From positions 127,286,001 through 127,350,000 of the forward strand of contig OZ024744.1 in NCBI GenBank assembly GCA_964016885.1: a DNA stretch of 64,000 nt, given 5' to 3'. The position numbers and the translations under genes are program-made. Positions 23,481 through 36,400 of the stretch are shown one piece after another. Origin of the DNA: Eledone cirrhosa (Eukaryota). The notes beneath the pieces are model-generated. The model was given only the letters and a program-made list of their open reading frames with translations. It made no database searches and was not told where the DNA came from. Within the stretch, counting starts at the first letter, position 1, and every line of letters starts with the position of its first letter.

Positions 23481-26400
23481 TTGGGGTTAAGTTAAGTTGG
23501 GGTTAAGTTAAGTTGGGGTTAAGTTAAGTTGGGGTTAAATTAAGTTGGGGTTCAGTTAAGTTGGGGTTAAATTAAGTTGGGGTTAAGTTAAGTTGGGGTT
23601 AAGTTAATTTGGGGTTAAGTTAAGTTGGGGTTAAGTTAAGTTGGGGTTAAGTTAAGTTGGGGTTAAGTTAAGTTGGGGTTAAGTTAAGTTGGGGTTAAAT
23701 TAAGTTGGGGTTCAGTTAAGTTGGGGTTAAGTTAAGTTGGGGTTAAGTTAAGTTGGGGTTAGTTAAGTTGGGGTTAAGTTAAGTTGGGGTTAAGTTAAGT
23801 TGGGGTTAAGTTAAGTTGGGGTTAAGTTAAGTTGGCGTTAAGTTAAGTTGGGGTTAAGTTAAGTTGGGGTTAATTTAAGTTGGGGTTAAGATAAGGTGTG
23901 GTTAAGTTAAGTTGGGGGTGTAAGTTAAGTTGGGGTTAAGTTAAGTTGGGGTTCAGTTCAGTTGGGGTTAAGTTAAGTTGGGGTTAAGTTAAGCTGGGGG
24001 TAAGTTAAGTTGGGGTTAAGTTAAGTTGGGGTTAAGTTAAGTTGGGGTTAAGTTAAGTTGGGGTTAAGTTAAGTTGGAGTTAAGTTAAGTTGGAGTTAAG
24101 TTGAGTTGGGGTTAAGCTAAGTTGGGGTTAAGTTAAGTTGGGGTTAAGTTAAGTTGGGGTTAAGATAAGTTGGGGTTAAGTTAAGTTGGGGTTAATTTAA
24201 GTTGGGGTTGAGGTAATTTGGGTTTAAGTTAAGTTGGGCTTAACTTAAGTTGGGGTTAAGTTGGGGTTAAGTTAAGTTGGGGTTAAGTTAAGTTGGGGGT
24301 AAGTTAAGTTGGGGGCAAGTTAAGTTGGGGTTAATTTAAGTTGGGGTTAAGTTAAGTTGGGGTTATGTTAAGTTGGGGTTATGTTAAGTTGGGGTTAAGT
24401 TAAGTTGGGGTTAAGTTAAGTTGGGGGTAAGTTAAGTTGATGGTAAGTTAAGTTGGGGTTAAGTTAAGTTGGGGTTAAGTTAAGTTGGGGGTAAGATAAG
24501 TTGGGGCTAAGTTAAGTTGGGCTTAACTTAAGTTGGGGTTAAGTTGGGGTTAATTTAAGTTGGGGTTAAGGTAAGTTGGGGTTAAGTTAAGTTGGGGCTA
24601 AGTTAAGTTGGGGCTAAGTTAAGTTGGGGCTGAGTTAAGTTGGGGTTAAGTTGGGGTTGAGTTAAGTTGGGGTTAAGTTAAGTTGGGGTTAACTTAAGTT
24701 GGGGTTAAGTTAAGATGGGGTTAAGTTAAGATGGGGTTAAGTTAAGTTGGGGGTAAGTTAAGTTGGGGGTAAGTTAAGTTGGCGTTAAGTTAAGTTGGGC
24801 TTAAGTTAAGTTGGGTTTAAGTTAAGTTGGGGCTAAGTTAAGTTGGGGCTAAGTTAAGTTGGGGCTGAGTTAGTTTGGGGTTGAGTTAAGTTGGGGTTAA
24901 CTTAAGTTGGGGTTAAGTTGGGGTTAAGTTAAGTTGGGGGTTAGTTAAGTTGGGGGCAAGTTAAGTTGGGGTTAATTTAAGTTGGGGTTAAGTTAAGTTG
25001 GGGTTCAATTAAGTTGGGGGTAAGTTAAGTTGGGGGTAAGTTAAGTTGGGGTTAAGTTAAGTTGGGGTTCAATTAAGTTGGGGGTAAGTTAAGTTGGGGG
25101 CAAGTTAAGTTGGGGTTAATTTAAGTTGGGGTTAAGTTAAGTTGGGGTTATGTTAAGTTGGGGTTAAGTTAAGTTGGGGTTAAGTTAAGTTGGGGGTAAG
25201 TTAACTGGGGTTAAGTTAAGTTGGGGGTAAGTTAAGTTGAGGCTAAGTTAAGTTGGGGTTAAGTTAAGTTGGGGTTCAATTAAGTTGGGGGTAAGTTAAG
25301 TTGGGGGTAAGTTAAGTTGGGGTTAAGTTAAGTTGGGGTTAAATTAAGTTGAGGTTAAGTTAAGTTGGGGTTAAGTTAAGTTGGGGTTAAGTTAAGTTGG
25401 GGTTAAGATAAGTTGGGGCTAAGTTCAGTTGGGGCTAAGTCAAGTTGAGGTTAACTTAAGTTGGGGTTAAGTTAAGTTGGGGTTAAGTTAAGTTGGGGTT
25501 AATTTAAGTTGGGGTTATGTTAAGTTGGGGCTAAGTTAAGTTGGGGCTAAGTTAAGTTGGGGTTAAGTTAAGTTGGGGGTAAGTTAAGTTGGGTGTAAGT
25601 TAAGTTGGGGTTAAGTTAAGTTGGGGTTCAGTTCAGTTGGGGTTAAGTTAAGTTGGGGTTAAGTTAAGTTGGGGTTAAGTTAAGTTGGGGGTAAGTTAAG
25701 TTGGGGGCAAGTTAAGTTGGGGTTAATTTAAGTTGGGGTTAAGTTAAGTTGGGGTTATGTTAAGTTGGGGTTAAGTTAAGTTGGGGTTAAGTTAAGTTGA
25801 GGGTAAGTTAAGTTGAGGGTAAGTTAAGTTGAGGTTAAGTTAAGTTGGGGTTAAGTTAAGTTGGGGGTAAGTTAAGTTGGGGGTAAGTTAAGTTGGGGTT
25901 AAGTTAAGTTGGGGTTAAATTAAGTTGAGGTTAAGTTAATTTGGGGTTAAGTTGGGGTTAAGTTAAGTTGGGGGTAAGATAAGTTGGGGCTAAGTTAAGT
26001 TGGGGCTAAGTCAAGTTGGGGTTAAGTCAAGTTGAGGTTAACTTAAGTTGGGGTTAAGTTAAGTTGGGGTTAAGTTAAGTTGGGGCTAAGTTAAGTTGGG
26101 GCTAAGTTAAGTTGGGGCTGAGTTAAGTTGGGGTTAAGTTAAGTTGGGGTTAAGTTAAGTTAGGGTTAATTTCAGTTGGGGTTATGTTAAGTTGGGGTTA
26201 AGTTAAAGTTGAGGTTAAGTTAAGTTGGGGTAAAGTTAAGTTAGGGTTAAGTTAAGTTGGGGTTAAGTTAAGTTGGGCTTAAATTAAGTTGGGGTTAAGT
26301 TAAGTTGGGGTTAAGTTAAGTTGGGGTTAAATTAAGTTGGGGTTCAGTTAAGTTGGGGTTAAATTAAGTTGGGGTTAAGTTAAGTTGGGGTTAGTTAAGT

Positions 26401-29400
26401 TGGGGTTAAGTTAAGTTGGGGTTAAGTTAAGTTGGGGTTAAGTTAAGTTGGGGTTAAGTTAAGTTGGGGTTAAGTTAAGTTGGGGTTAAGTTAAGTTGGG
26501 GTTAAATTAAGTTGGGGTTCAGTTAAGTTGGGGTTAAGTTAAGTTGGGGTTAAGTTAAGTTGGGGTTAGTTAAGTTGGGGTTAAGTTAAGTTGGGGTTAA
26601 GTTAAGTTGGGGTTAAGTTAAGTTGGGGTTAAGTTAAGTTGGGGTTAAGTTAAGTTGGCGTTAAGTTAAGTTGGGGTTAAGTTAAGTTGGGGTTAATTTA
26701 AGTTGGGGTTAAGATAAGGTGTGGTTAAGTTAAGTTGGGGGTAAGTTAAGTTGGGTGTAAGTTAAGTTGGGGTTAAGTTAAGTTGGGGTTCAGTTCAGTT
26801 GGGGTTAAGTTAAGTTGGGGTTAAGTTAAGCTGGGGGTAAGTTAAGTTGGGGTTAAGTTAAGTTGGGGTTAAGTTAAGTTGGGGTTAAGTTAAGTTGGGG
26901 TTAAGTTAAGTTGGAGTTAAGTTAAGTTGGGGTTAAGCTAAGTTGGGGTTCAGTTAAGTTGGGGTTAAGTTAATTTGGGGCTGAGTTAAGTTGGGGTTAA
27001 GTTAAGTTCGGGTTGAGTTAAGTTGGGGTTAAGTTAAGTTGGGGTTAAGTTAAGTTGGGGTTAAGTTAAGTTGGGGTTAAGATAAGTTGGGGTTAAGTTA
27101 AGTTGGGGTTAATTTAAGTTGGGGTTGAGGTAATTTGGGTTTAAGTTAAGTTGGGCTTAACTTAAGTTGGGGTTAAGTTGGGGTTAAGTTAAGTTGGGGT
27201 TAAGTTAAGTTGGGGTTAAATTAAGTTGGGTTTAAGTTAAGTTGGGGCTAAGTTAAGTTGGGGCTAAGTTAAGTTGGGGCTGAGTTAAGTTGGGGTTAAC
27301 TTAAGTTGGGGTTAAGTTGGGGTTAAGTTAAGTTGGGGTTAAATTAAGTTGGGGGTTAGTTAAGTTGGGGCAAGTTAAGTTGGGGTTAATTTAAGTTGGG
27401 GTTAAGTTAAGTTGGGGTTAAATTAAGTTGGGGTTAAGTTAAGTTGGGGTTGAGGTAAGTTGGGGTTATGTTAAGTTGGGGCTAAGTTAAGTTGGGGCTA
27501 AGTTAAGTTGGGGCTGAGTTAAGTTGGGGTTAAGTTAAGTTGGGGTTGAGTTAAGTTGGGGTTAAGTTAAGTTGGGATTAAGTTAAGTTGGGGTTAAGTT
27601 AAGTTCGGCTTGAGTTAAGTTGGGGTTAAGTTAAGTTGGGGTTAATTTAAGTTGGGGTTAAGTTAAGTTGGGGTTAAGATAAGTTGGGGTTAAGTTAAGT
27701 TGGGGTTAAGTTAAGGTTGGGTTGAGTTAATTTGGGGTTAAGTTAAGTTGGGGTTAACTTAAGTTGGGGTTAAGTTGGGGTTAAGTTAAGTTGGGGGTAG
27801 GTTAAGTTGGGGATAAGTTAAGTCGGGGGTAAGTTAAGTCGGGGTTAAGTTAAGTTGGGGGTAAGTTAAGTCGGGGTTAAGTTAAGTTGGGGTTAAGTTA
27901 AGTTGGGGTTAAGTTAAGTTGGGGGTAAGTTAAGTCGGGGTTAAGTTAAGTTGGGGTTAAGTTAAGTTGGGTTTAAGTTAAGTTGGGGCTAAGTTAAGTT
28001 GGGGCTAAGTTAAGTTGGGGCTGAGTTAAGTTGGGGGTAAGTTAAGTTGGGTGTAAGTTAAGTTGGGGTTAAGTTAAGTTGGGGTTCAGTTCAGTTGGGG
28101 TTAAGTTAAGTTGGGGTTAAGTTAAGCTGGGGTTAAGTTAAGTTGGGGTTAAGTTAAGTTGGGGTTAAGTTAAGTTGGGGTTAAGTTAAGTTGGGGTTGA
28201 GTTAAGTTGGGGTTGAGTTAAGTTGGGGTTAAGTTAAGTTGGGGTTAAGTTAAGTTGGGGTTAAGTTAAGTTGGGGTTAAGTTAAGTTGGGGGTAAGTTA
28301 AGTTGGGGGCAAGTTAAGTTGGGGTTAAGTTAAGTTGGGGTTAAGTTAAGTTGGGGTTAAGTTAAGTTAGGGTTAATTTCAGTTGGGGTTATGTTAAGTT
28401 GGCGTTAGGTTAAGTTGGGGTTAAGTTAAAGTTGGGGTTAAGTTAAGTTGGGGTAAAGTTAAGTTAGGGTTAAATTAAGTTGGGGTTCAGTTAAGTTGGG
28501 GTTAAATTAAGTTGGGGTTAAGTTAAGTTGGGGTTAGTTAAGTTGGGGTTAAGTTAAGTTGGGGTTAAATTAAGTTGGGGTTAAGTTAAGTTGGGGTTAA
28601 GTTAAGTTGGGGTTAAGTTAAGTTGGCGTTAAGTTAAGTTGGGGTTAAGTTAAGTTGGGATTAAGTTAAGTTGGGGTTAAGTTAAGTTGGGGTTAAGTTA
28701 AGTTGGGGTTAAGTTAAGTTGGGGTTAAGTCAAGTTGGGGTTAAGTCAAGTTGGGGTTAAGTTAAGTTGGGGTTAAGTTAAGTTGGGGTTAAGTTAAGTT
28801 GGGGTTAAGTTAAGTTGGGGGTAAGTTAAGTTGGGTGTAAGTTAAGTTGGGGTTAAGTTAAGTTGGGGTTCAGTTCAGTTGGGGTTAAGTTAAGTTGGGG
28901 TTAAGTTAAGCTGGGGGTAAGTTAAGCTGGGGGTAAGTTAAGTTGGGGTTAAGTTAAGTTGGGGTTAAGTTAAGTTGGGGTTAAGTTAAGTTGGGGTTAA
29001 GTTAAGTTGGAGTTAAGTTAAGTTGGGGTTAAGCTAAGTTGGGGTTCAGTTAAGTTGGGGTTAAGTTAATTTGGGGCTGAGTTAAGTTGGGGTTAAGTTA
29101 AGTTCGGGTTGAGTTAAGTTGGGGGTAAGTTAAGTTGGGGTTAAGTTAAGTTGGGGTTAAGTTAAGTTGGGGTTAAGATAAGTTGGGGTTAAGTTAAGTT
29201 GGGGTTAATTTAAGTTGGGGTTGAGTTAATTTGGGTTTAAGTTAAGTTGGGCTTAACTTAAGTTGGGGTTAAGTTAAGTTGGGGTTAAGTTAAGTTGGGG
29301 GTAAATTAAGTTGGGGGCAAGTTAAGTTGGGGTTAATTTAAGTTGGGGTTAAGTTAAGTTGGGGTTATGTTAAGTTGGGGTTAAGTTAAGTTGGGGTTAA

Positions 29401-30480
29401 GTTAAGTTGGGGGTAACTTAAGTTGGGGTTAAGTTAAGTTGGGGTTAAGTTAAGTTGAGGGTAAGTTAAATTGAGGGTAAGTTAAGTTGAGGTTAAGTTA
29501 AGTTGGGGTTAAGTTAAGTTGGGGGTAAGTTAAGTTGGGGGTAAGTTAAGTTGGGGTTAAGTTAAGTTGGGGTTAAATTAAGTTGAGGTTAAGTTAATTT
29601 GGGGTTAAGTTGGGGTTAAGTTAAGTTGGGGGTAAGATAAGTTGGGGCTAAGTTAAGTTGGGGCTAAGTCAAGTTGGGGTTAAGTCAAGTTGAGGTTAAC
29701 TTAAGTTGGGGTTAAGTTAAGTTGGGGTTAAGTTAAGTTGGGGCTAAGTTAAGTTGGGGCTAAGTTAAGTTGGGGCTGAGTTAAGTTGGGGTTAAGTTAA
29801 GTTGGGGTTAAGTTAAGTTAGAGTTAATTTCAGTTGGGGTTATGTTAAGTTGGGGTTAAGTTAAAGTTGGGGTTAAGTTAAGTTGGGGTAAACTTAAGTT
29901 AGGGTTAAGTTAAGTTGGGGTTAAGTTAAGTTGGGCTTAAATTAAGTTGGGGTTAAGTTAAGTTGGGGTTAAGTTAAGTTGGGGTTAAATTAAGTTGGGG
30001 TTCAGTTAAGTTGGGGTTAAATTAAGTTGGGGTTAAGTTGGGGTTAGTTAAGTTGGGGTTAAGTTAAGTTGGGGTTAAGTTAAGTTGTGGTTAAGTTAAG
30101 TTGGGGTTAAGTTAAGTTGGGGTTAAGTTAAGTTGGGGTTAAGTTAAGTTGGGGTTAAATTAAGTTGGGGTTCAGTTAAGTTGGGGTTAAGTTAAGTTGG
30201 GGTTAAGTTAAGTTGGGGTTAGTTAAGTTGGGGTTAAGTTAAGTTGGGGTTAAGTTAAGTTGGGGTTAAGTTAAGTTGGGGTTAAGTTAAGTTGGCGTTA
30301 AGTTAAGTTGGGGTTAAGTTAAGTTGGGGTTAATTTAAGTTGGGGTTAAGATAAGGTGTGGTTAAGTTAAGTTGGGGGTAAGTTAAGTTGGGTGTAAGTT
30401 AAGTTGGGGTTAAGTTAAGTTGGGGTTCAGTTCAGTTGGGGTTAAGTTAAGTTGGGGTTAAGTTAAGCTGGGGGTAAGTT
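15390..30480 (+). repeat. ~8.1-kb tandem duplication (~15390-23510 matches ~23511-30480, second copy with a net ~1.08-kb internal loss near 25080)
   Basis: TTAATTTGGGG variant 15483/23608 and GATAAGGTGTGG 15765/23890 (offset 8,125). After ~25080 the offset falls to 7,046 (19667/26713) and 7,030 (TTAGAG 22788/29818). Confidence 0.8.
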
Positions 30481-33400
30481 AAGTTGGGGTTGAGTTAAGT
30501 TGGGGTTAAGTTAAGTTGGGATTAAGTTAAGTTGGGGTTAAGTTAAGTTCGGCTTGAGTTAAGTTGGGGTTAAGTTAAGTTGGGGTTAATTTAAGTTGGG
30601 GTTAAGTTAAGTTGGGGTTAAGATAAGTTGGGGTTAAGTTAAGTTGGGGTTAAGTTAAGTTTGGGTTGAGTTAATTTGGGGTTAAGTTAAGTTGGGGTTA
30701 ACTTAAGTTGGGGTTAAGTTGGGGTTAAGTTAAGTTGGGGGTAGGTTAAGTTGGGGATAAGTTAAGTTGGGGGTAAGTTAAGTCGGGGTTAAGTTAAGTT
30801 GGGGGTAAGTTAAGTCGGGGTTAAGTTAAGTTGGGGTTAAGTTAAGTTGGGGTTAAGTTAAGTTGGGGGTAAGTTAAGTCGGGGTTAAGTTAAGTTGGGG
30901 TTAAGTTAAGTTGGGTTTAAGTTAAGTTGGGGCTAAGTTAAGTTGGGGCTAAGTTAAGTTGGGGCTGAGTTAAGTTGGGGGTAAGTTAAGTTGGGTGTAA
31001 TTTAAGTTGGGGTTAAGTTAAGTTGGGGTTCAGTTCAGTTGGGGTTAAGTTAAGTTGGGGTTAAGTTAAGCTGGGGTTAAGTTAAGTTGGGGTTAAGTTA
31101 AGTTGGGGTTAAGTTAAGTTGGGGTTAAGTTAAGTTGGGGTTGAGTTAAGTTGGGGTTGAGTTAAGTTGGGGTTAAGTTAAGTTGGGGTTAAGTTAAGTT
31201 GGGGTTAAGTTAAGTTGGGGTTAAGTTAAGTTGGGGGTAAGTTAAGTTGGGGGCAAGTTAAGTTGGGGTTAAGTTAAGTTGGGGTTAAGTTAAGTTGGGG
31301 TTAAGTTAAGTTAGGGTTAATTTCAGTTGGGGTTATGTTAAGTTGGCGTTAGGTTAAGTTGGGGTTAAGTTAAAGTTGGGGTTAAGTTAAGTTGGGGTAA
31401 AGTTAAGTTAGGGTTAAATTAAGTTGGGGTTCAGTTAAGTTGGGGTTAAATTAAGTTGGGGTTAAGTTAAGTTGGGGTTAGTTAAGTTGGGGTTAAGTTA
31501 AGTTGGGGTTAAATTAAGTTGGGGTTAAGTTAAGTTGGGGTTAAGTTAAGTTGGCGTTAAGTTAAGTTGGGGTTAAGTTAAGTTGGGGTTAAGTTAAGTT
31601 GGGGTTAAGTTAAGTTGGGGTTAAGTTAAGTTGGGGTTAAGTTAAGTTGGGGTTAAGTTAAGTTGGGGTTAAGTCAAGTTGGGGTTAAATCAAGTTGGGG
31701 TTAAGTTAAGTTGGGGTTAAGTTAAGTTGGGGTTAAGTTAAGTTGGGGTTAAGTTAAGTTGGGGGTAAGTTAAGTTGGGTGTAAGTTAAGTTGGGGTTAA
31801 GTTAAGTTGGGGTTCAGTTCAGTTGGGGTTAAGTTAAGTTGGGGTTAAGTTAAGCTGGGGGTAAGTTAAGCTGGGGGTAAGTTAAGTTGGGGTTAAGTTA
31901 AGTTGGGGTTAAGTTAAGTTGGGGTTAAGTTAAGTTGGGGTTAAGTTAAGTTGGAGTTAAGTTAAGTTGGGGTTAAGCTAAGTTGGGGTTCAGTTAAGTT
32001 GGGGTTAAGTTAATTTGGGGCTGAGTTAAGTTGGGGTTAAGTTAAGTTCGGGTTGAGTTAAGTTGGGGGTAAGTTAAGTTGGGGTTAAGTTAAGTTGGGG
32101 TTAAGTTAAGTTGGGGTTAAGATAAGTTGGGGTTAAGTTAAGTTGGGGTTAATTTAAGTTGGGGTTGAGTTAATTTGGGTTTAAGTTAAGTTGGGCTTAA
32201 CTTAAGTTGGGGTTAAGTTAAGTTGGGGTTAAGTTAAGTTGGGGGTAAGTTAAGTTGGGGGCAAGTTAAGTTGGGGTTAATTTAAGTTGGGGTTAAGTTA
32301 AGTTGGGGTTATGTTAAGTTGGGGTTAAGTTAAGTTGGGGTTAAGTTAAGTTGGGGGTAACTTAAGTTGGGGTTAAGTTAAGTTGGGGTTAAGTTAAGTT
32401 GAGGGTAAGTTAAGTTGAGGGTAAGTTAAGTTGAGGTTAAGTTAAGTTGGGGTTAAGTTAAGTTGGGGGTAAGTTAAGTTGGGGGTAAGTTAAGTTGGGG
32501 TTAAGTTAAGTTGGGGTTAAATTAAGTTGAGGTTAAGTTAATTTGGGGTTAAGTTGGGGTTAAGTTAAGTTGGGGGTAAGATAAGTTGGGGCTAAGTTAA
32601 GTTGGGGCTAAGTCAAGTTGGGGTTAAGTCAAGTTGAGGTTAACTTAAGTTGGGGTTAAGTTAAGTTGGGGTTAAGTTAAGTTGGGGCTAAGTTAAGTTG
32701 GGGCTAAGTTAAGTTGGGGCTGAGTTAAGTTGGGGTTAAGTTAAGTTGGGGTTAAGTTAAGTTAGAGTTAATTTCAGTTGGGGTTATGTTAAGTTGGGGT
32801 TAAGTTAAAGTTGGGGTTAAGTTAAGTTGGGGTAAACTTAAGTTAGGGTTAAGTTAAGTTGGGGTTAAGTTAAGTTGGGCTTAAATTAAGTTGGGGTTAA
32901 GTTAAGTTGGGGTTAAGTTAAGTTGGGGTTAAATTAAGTTGGGGTTCAGTTAAGTTGGGGTTAAATTAAGTTGGGGTTAAGTTGGGGTTAGTTAAGTTGG
33001 GGTTAAATTAAGTTGGGGTTCAGTTAAGTTGGGGTTAAATTAAGTTGGGGTTAAGTTGGGGTTAAGTTAAGTTGGGGTTAAGTTAAGTTGGGGTTAAGTT
33101 AAGTTGGGGTTAAGTTAAGTTGGGGTTAAATTAAGTTGGGGTTCAGTTAAGTTGGGGTTAAGTTAAGTTGGGGTTAAGTTAAGTTGGGGTTAGTTAAGTT
33201 GGGGTTAAGTTAAGTTGGGGTTAAGTTAAGTTGGGGTTAAGTTAAGTTGGGGTTAAGTTAAGTTGGCGTTAAGTTAAGTTGGGGTTAAGTTAAGTTGGGG
33301 TTAATTTAAGTTGGGGTTAAGATAAGGTGTGGTTAAGTTAAGTTGGGGGTAAGTTAAGTTGGGTGTAAGTTAAGTTGGGGTTAAGTTAAGTTGGGGTTCA

Positions 33401-36400
33401 GTTCAGTTGGGGTTAAGTTAAGTTGGGGTTAAGTTAAGCTGGGGGTAAGTTAAGTTGGGGTTAAGTTAAGTTGGGGTTAAGTTAAGTTGGGGTTAAGTTA
33501 AGTTGGGGTTAAATTAAGTTGGGGTTCAGTTAAGTTGGGGTTAAATTAAGTTGGGGTTAAGTTAAGTTGGGGTTAAGTTAATTTGGGGTTAAGTTAAGTT
33601 GGGGTTAAGTTAAGTTGGGGTTAAGTTAAGTTGGGGTTAAGTTAAGTTGGGGTTAAGTTAAGTTGGGGTTAAATTAAGTTGGGGTTCAGTTAAGTTGGGG
33701 TTAAGTTAAGTTGGGGTTAAGTTAAGTTGGGGTTAGTTAAGTTGGGGTTAAGTTAAGTTGGGGTTAAGTTAAGTTGGGGTTAAGTTAAGTTGGGGTTAAG
33801 TTAAGTTGGCGTTAAGTTAAGTTGGGGTTAAGTTAAGTTGGGGTTAATTTAAGTTGGGGTTAAGATAAGGTGTGGTTAAGTTAAGTTGGGGGTGTAAGTT
33901 AAGTTGGGGTTAAGTTAAGTTGGGGTTCAGTTCAGTTGGGGTTAAGTTAAGTTGGGGTTAAGTTAAGCTGGGGGTAAGTTAAGTTGGGGTTAAGTTAAGT
34001 TGGGGTTAAGTTAAGTTGGGGTTAAGTTAAGTTGGGGTTAAGTTAAGTTGGAGTTAAGTTAAGTTGGAGTTAAGTTGAGTTGGGGTTAAGCTAAGTTGGG
34101 GTTAAGTTAAGTTGGGGTTAAGTTAAGTTGGGGTTAAGATAAGTTGGGGTTAAGTTAAGTTGGGGTTAATTTAAGTTGGGGTTGAGGTAATTTGGGTTTA
34201 AGTTAAGTTGGGCTTAACTTAAGTTGGGGTTAAGTTGGGGTTAAGTTAAGTTGGGGTTAAGTTAAGTTGGGGGTAAGTTAAGTTGGGGGCAAGTTAAGTT
34301 GGGGTTAATTTAAGTTGGGGTTAAGTTAAGTTGGGGTTATGTTAAGTTGGGGTTATGTTAAGTTGGGGTTAAGTTAAGTTGGGGTTAAGTTAAGTTGGGG
34401 GTAAGTTAAGTTGATGGTAAGTTAAGTTGGGGTTAAGTTAAGTTGGGGTTAAGTTAAGTTGGGGGTAAGATAAGTTGGGGCTAAGTTAAGTTGGGGTTAA
34501 CTTAAGTTGGGGTTAAGTTGGGGTTAATTTAAGTTGGGGTTAAGGTAAGTTGGGGTTAAGTTAAGTTGGGGCTAAGTTAAGTTGGGGCTAAGTTAAGTTG
34601 GGGCTGAGTTAAGTTGGGGTTAAGTTGGGGTTGAGTTAAGTTGGGGTTAAGTTAAGTTGGGGTTAACTTAAGTTGGGGTTAAGTTAAGATGGGGTTAAGT
34701 TAAGATGGGGTTAAGTTAAGTTGGGGGTAAGTTAAGTTGGGGGTAAGTTAAGTTGGCGTTAAGTTAAGTTGGGCTTAAGTTAAGTTGGGTTTAAGTTAAG
34801 TTGGGGCTAAGTTAAGTTGGGGCTAAGTTAAGTTGGGGCTGAGTTAGTTTGGGGTTGAGTTAAGTTGGGGTTAACTTAAGTTGGGGTTAAGTTGGGGTTA
34901 AGTTAAGTTGGGGGTTAGTTAAGTTGGGGGCAAGTTAAGTTGGGGTTAATTTAAGTTGGGGTTAAGTTAAGTTGGGGTTCAATTAAGTTGGGGGTAAGTT
35001 AAGTTGGGGGTAAGTTAAGTTGGGGTTAAGTTAAGTTGGGGTTCAATTAAGTTGGGGGTAAGTTAAGTTGGGGGCAAGTTAAGTTGGGGTTAATTTAAGT
35101 TGGGGTTAAGTTAAGTTGGGGTTATGTTAAGTTGGGGTTAAGTTAAGTTGGGGTTAAGTTAAGTTGGGGGTAAGTTAACTGGGGTTAAGTTAAGTTGGGG
35201 GTAAGTTAAGTTGAGGCTAAGTTAAGTTGGGGTTAAGTTAAGTTGGGGTTCAATTAAGTTGGGGGTAAGTTAAGTTGGGGGTAAGTTAAGTTGGGGTTAA
35301 GTTAAGTTGGGGTTAAATTAAGTTGAGGTTAAGTTAAGTTGGGGTTAAGTTAAGTTGGGGTTAAGTTAAGTTGGGGTTAAGATAAGTTGGGGCTAAGTTC
35401 AGTTGGGGCTAAGTCAAGTTGAGGTTAACTTAAGTTGGGGTTAAGTTAAGTTGGGGTTAAGTTAAGTTGGGGTTAATTTAAGTTGGGGTTATGTTAAGTT
35501 GGGGCTAAGTTAAGTTGGGGCTAAGTTAAGTTGGGGTTAAGTTAAGTTGGGGGTAAGTTAAGTTGGGTGTAAGTTAAGTTGGGGTTAAGTTAAGTTGGGG
35601 TTCAGTTCAGTTGGGGTTAAGTTAAGTTGGGGTTAAGTTAAGTTGGGGTTAAGTTAAGTTGGGGGTAAGTTAAGTTGGGGGCAAGTTAAGTTGGGGTTAA
35701 TTTAAGTTGGGGTTAAGTTAAGTTGGGGTTATGTTAAGTTGGGGTTAAGTTAAGTTGGGGTTAAGTTAAGTTGGGGGTAACTTAAGTTGGGGTTAAGTTA
35801 AGTTGGGGTTAAGTTAAGTTGAGGGTAAGTTAAGTTGAGGGTAAGTTAAGTTGAGGTTAAGTTAAGTTGGGGTTAAGTTAAGTTGGGGGTAAGTTAAGTT
35901 GGGGGTAAGTTAAGTTGGGGTTAAGTTAAGTTGGGGTTAAATTAAGTTGAGGTTAAGTTAATTTGGGGTTAAGTTGGGGTTAAGTTAAGTTGGGGGTAAG
36001 ATAAGTTGGGGCTAAGTTAAGTTGGGGCTAAGTCAAGTTGGGGTTAAGTCAAGTTGAGGTTAACTTAAGTTGGGGTTAAGTTAAGTTGGGGTTAAGTTAA
36101 GTTGGGGCTAAGTTAAGTTGGGGCTAAGTTAAGTTGGGGCTGAGTTAAGTTGGGGTTAAGTTAAGTTGGGGTTAAGTTAAGTTAGGGTTAATTTCAGTTG
36201 GGGTTATGTTAAGTTGGGGTTAAGTTAAAGTTGAGGTTAAGTTAAGTTGGGGTAAAGTTAAGTTAGGGTTAAGTTAAGTTGGGGTTAAGTTAAGTTGGGC
36301 TTAAATTAAGTTGGGGTTAAGTTAAGTTGGGGTTAAGTTAAGTTGGGGTTAAATTAAGTTGGGGTTCAGTTAAGTTGGGGTTAAATTAAGTTGGGGTTAA

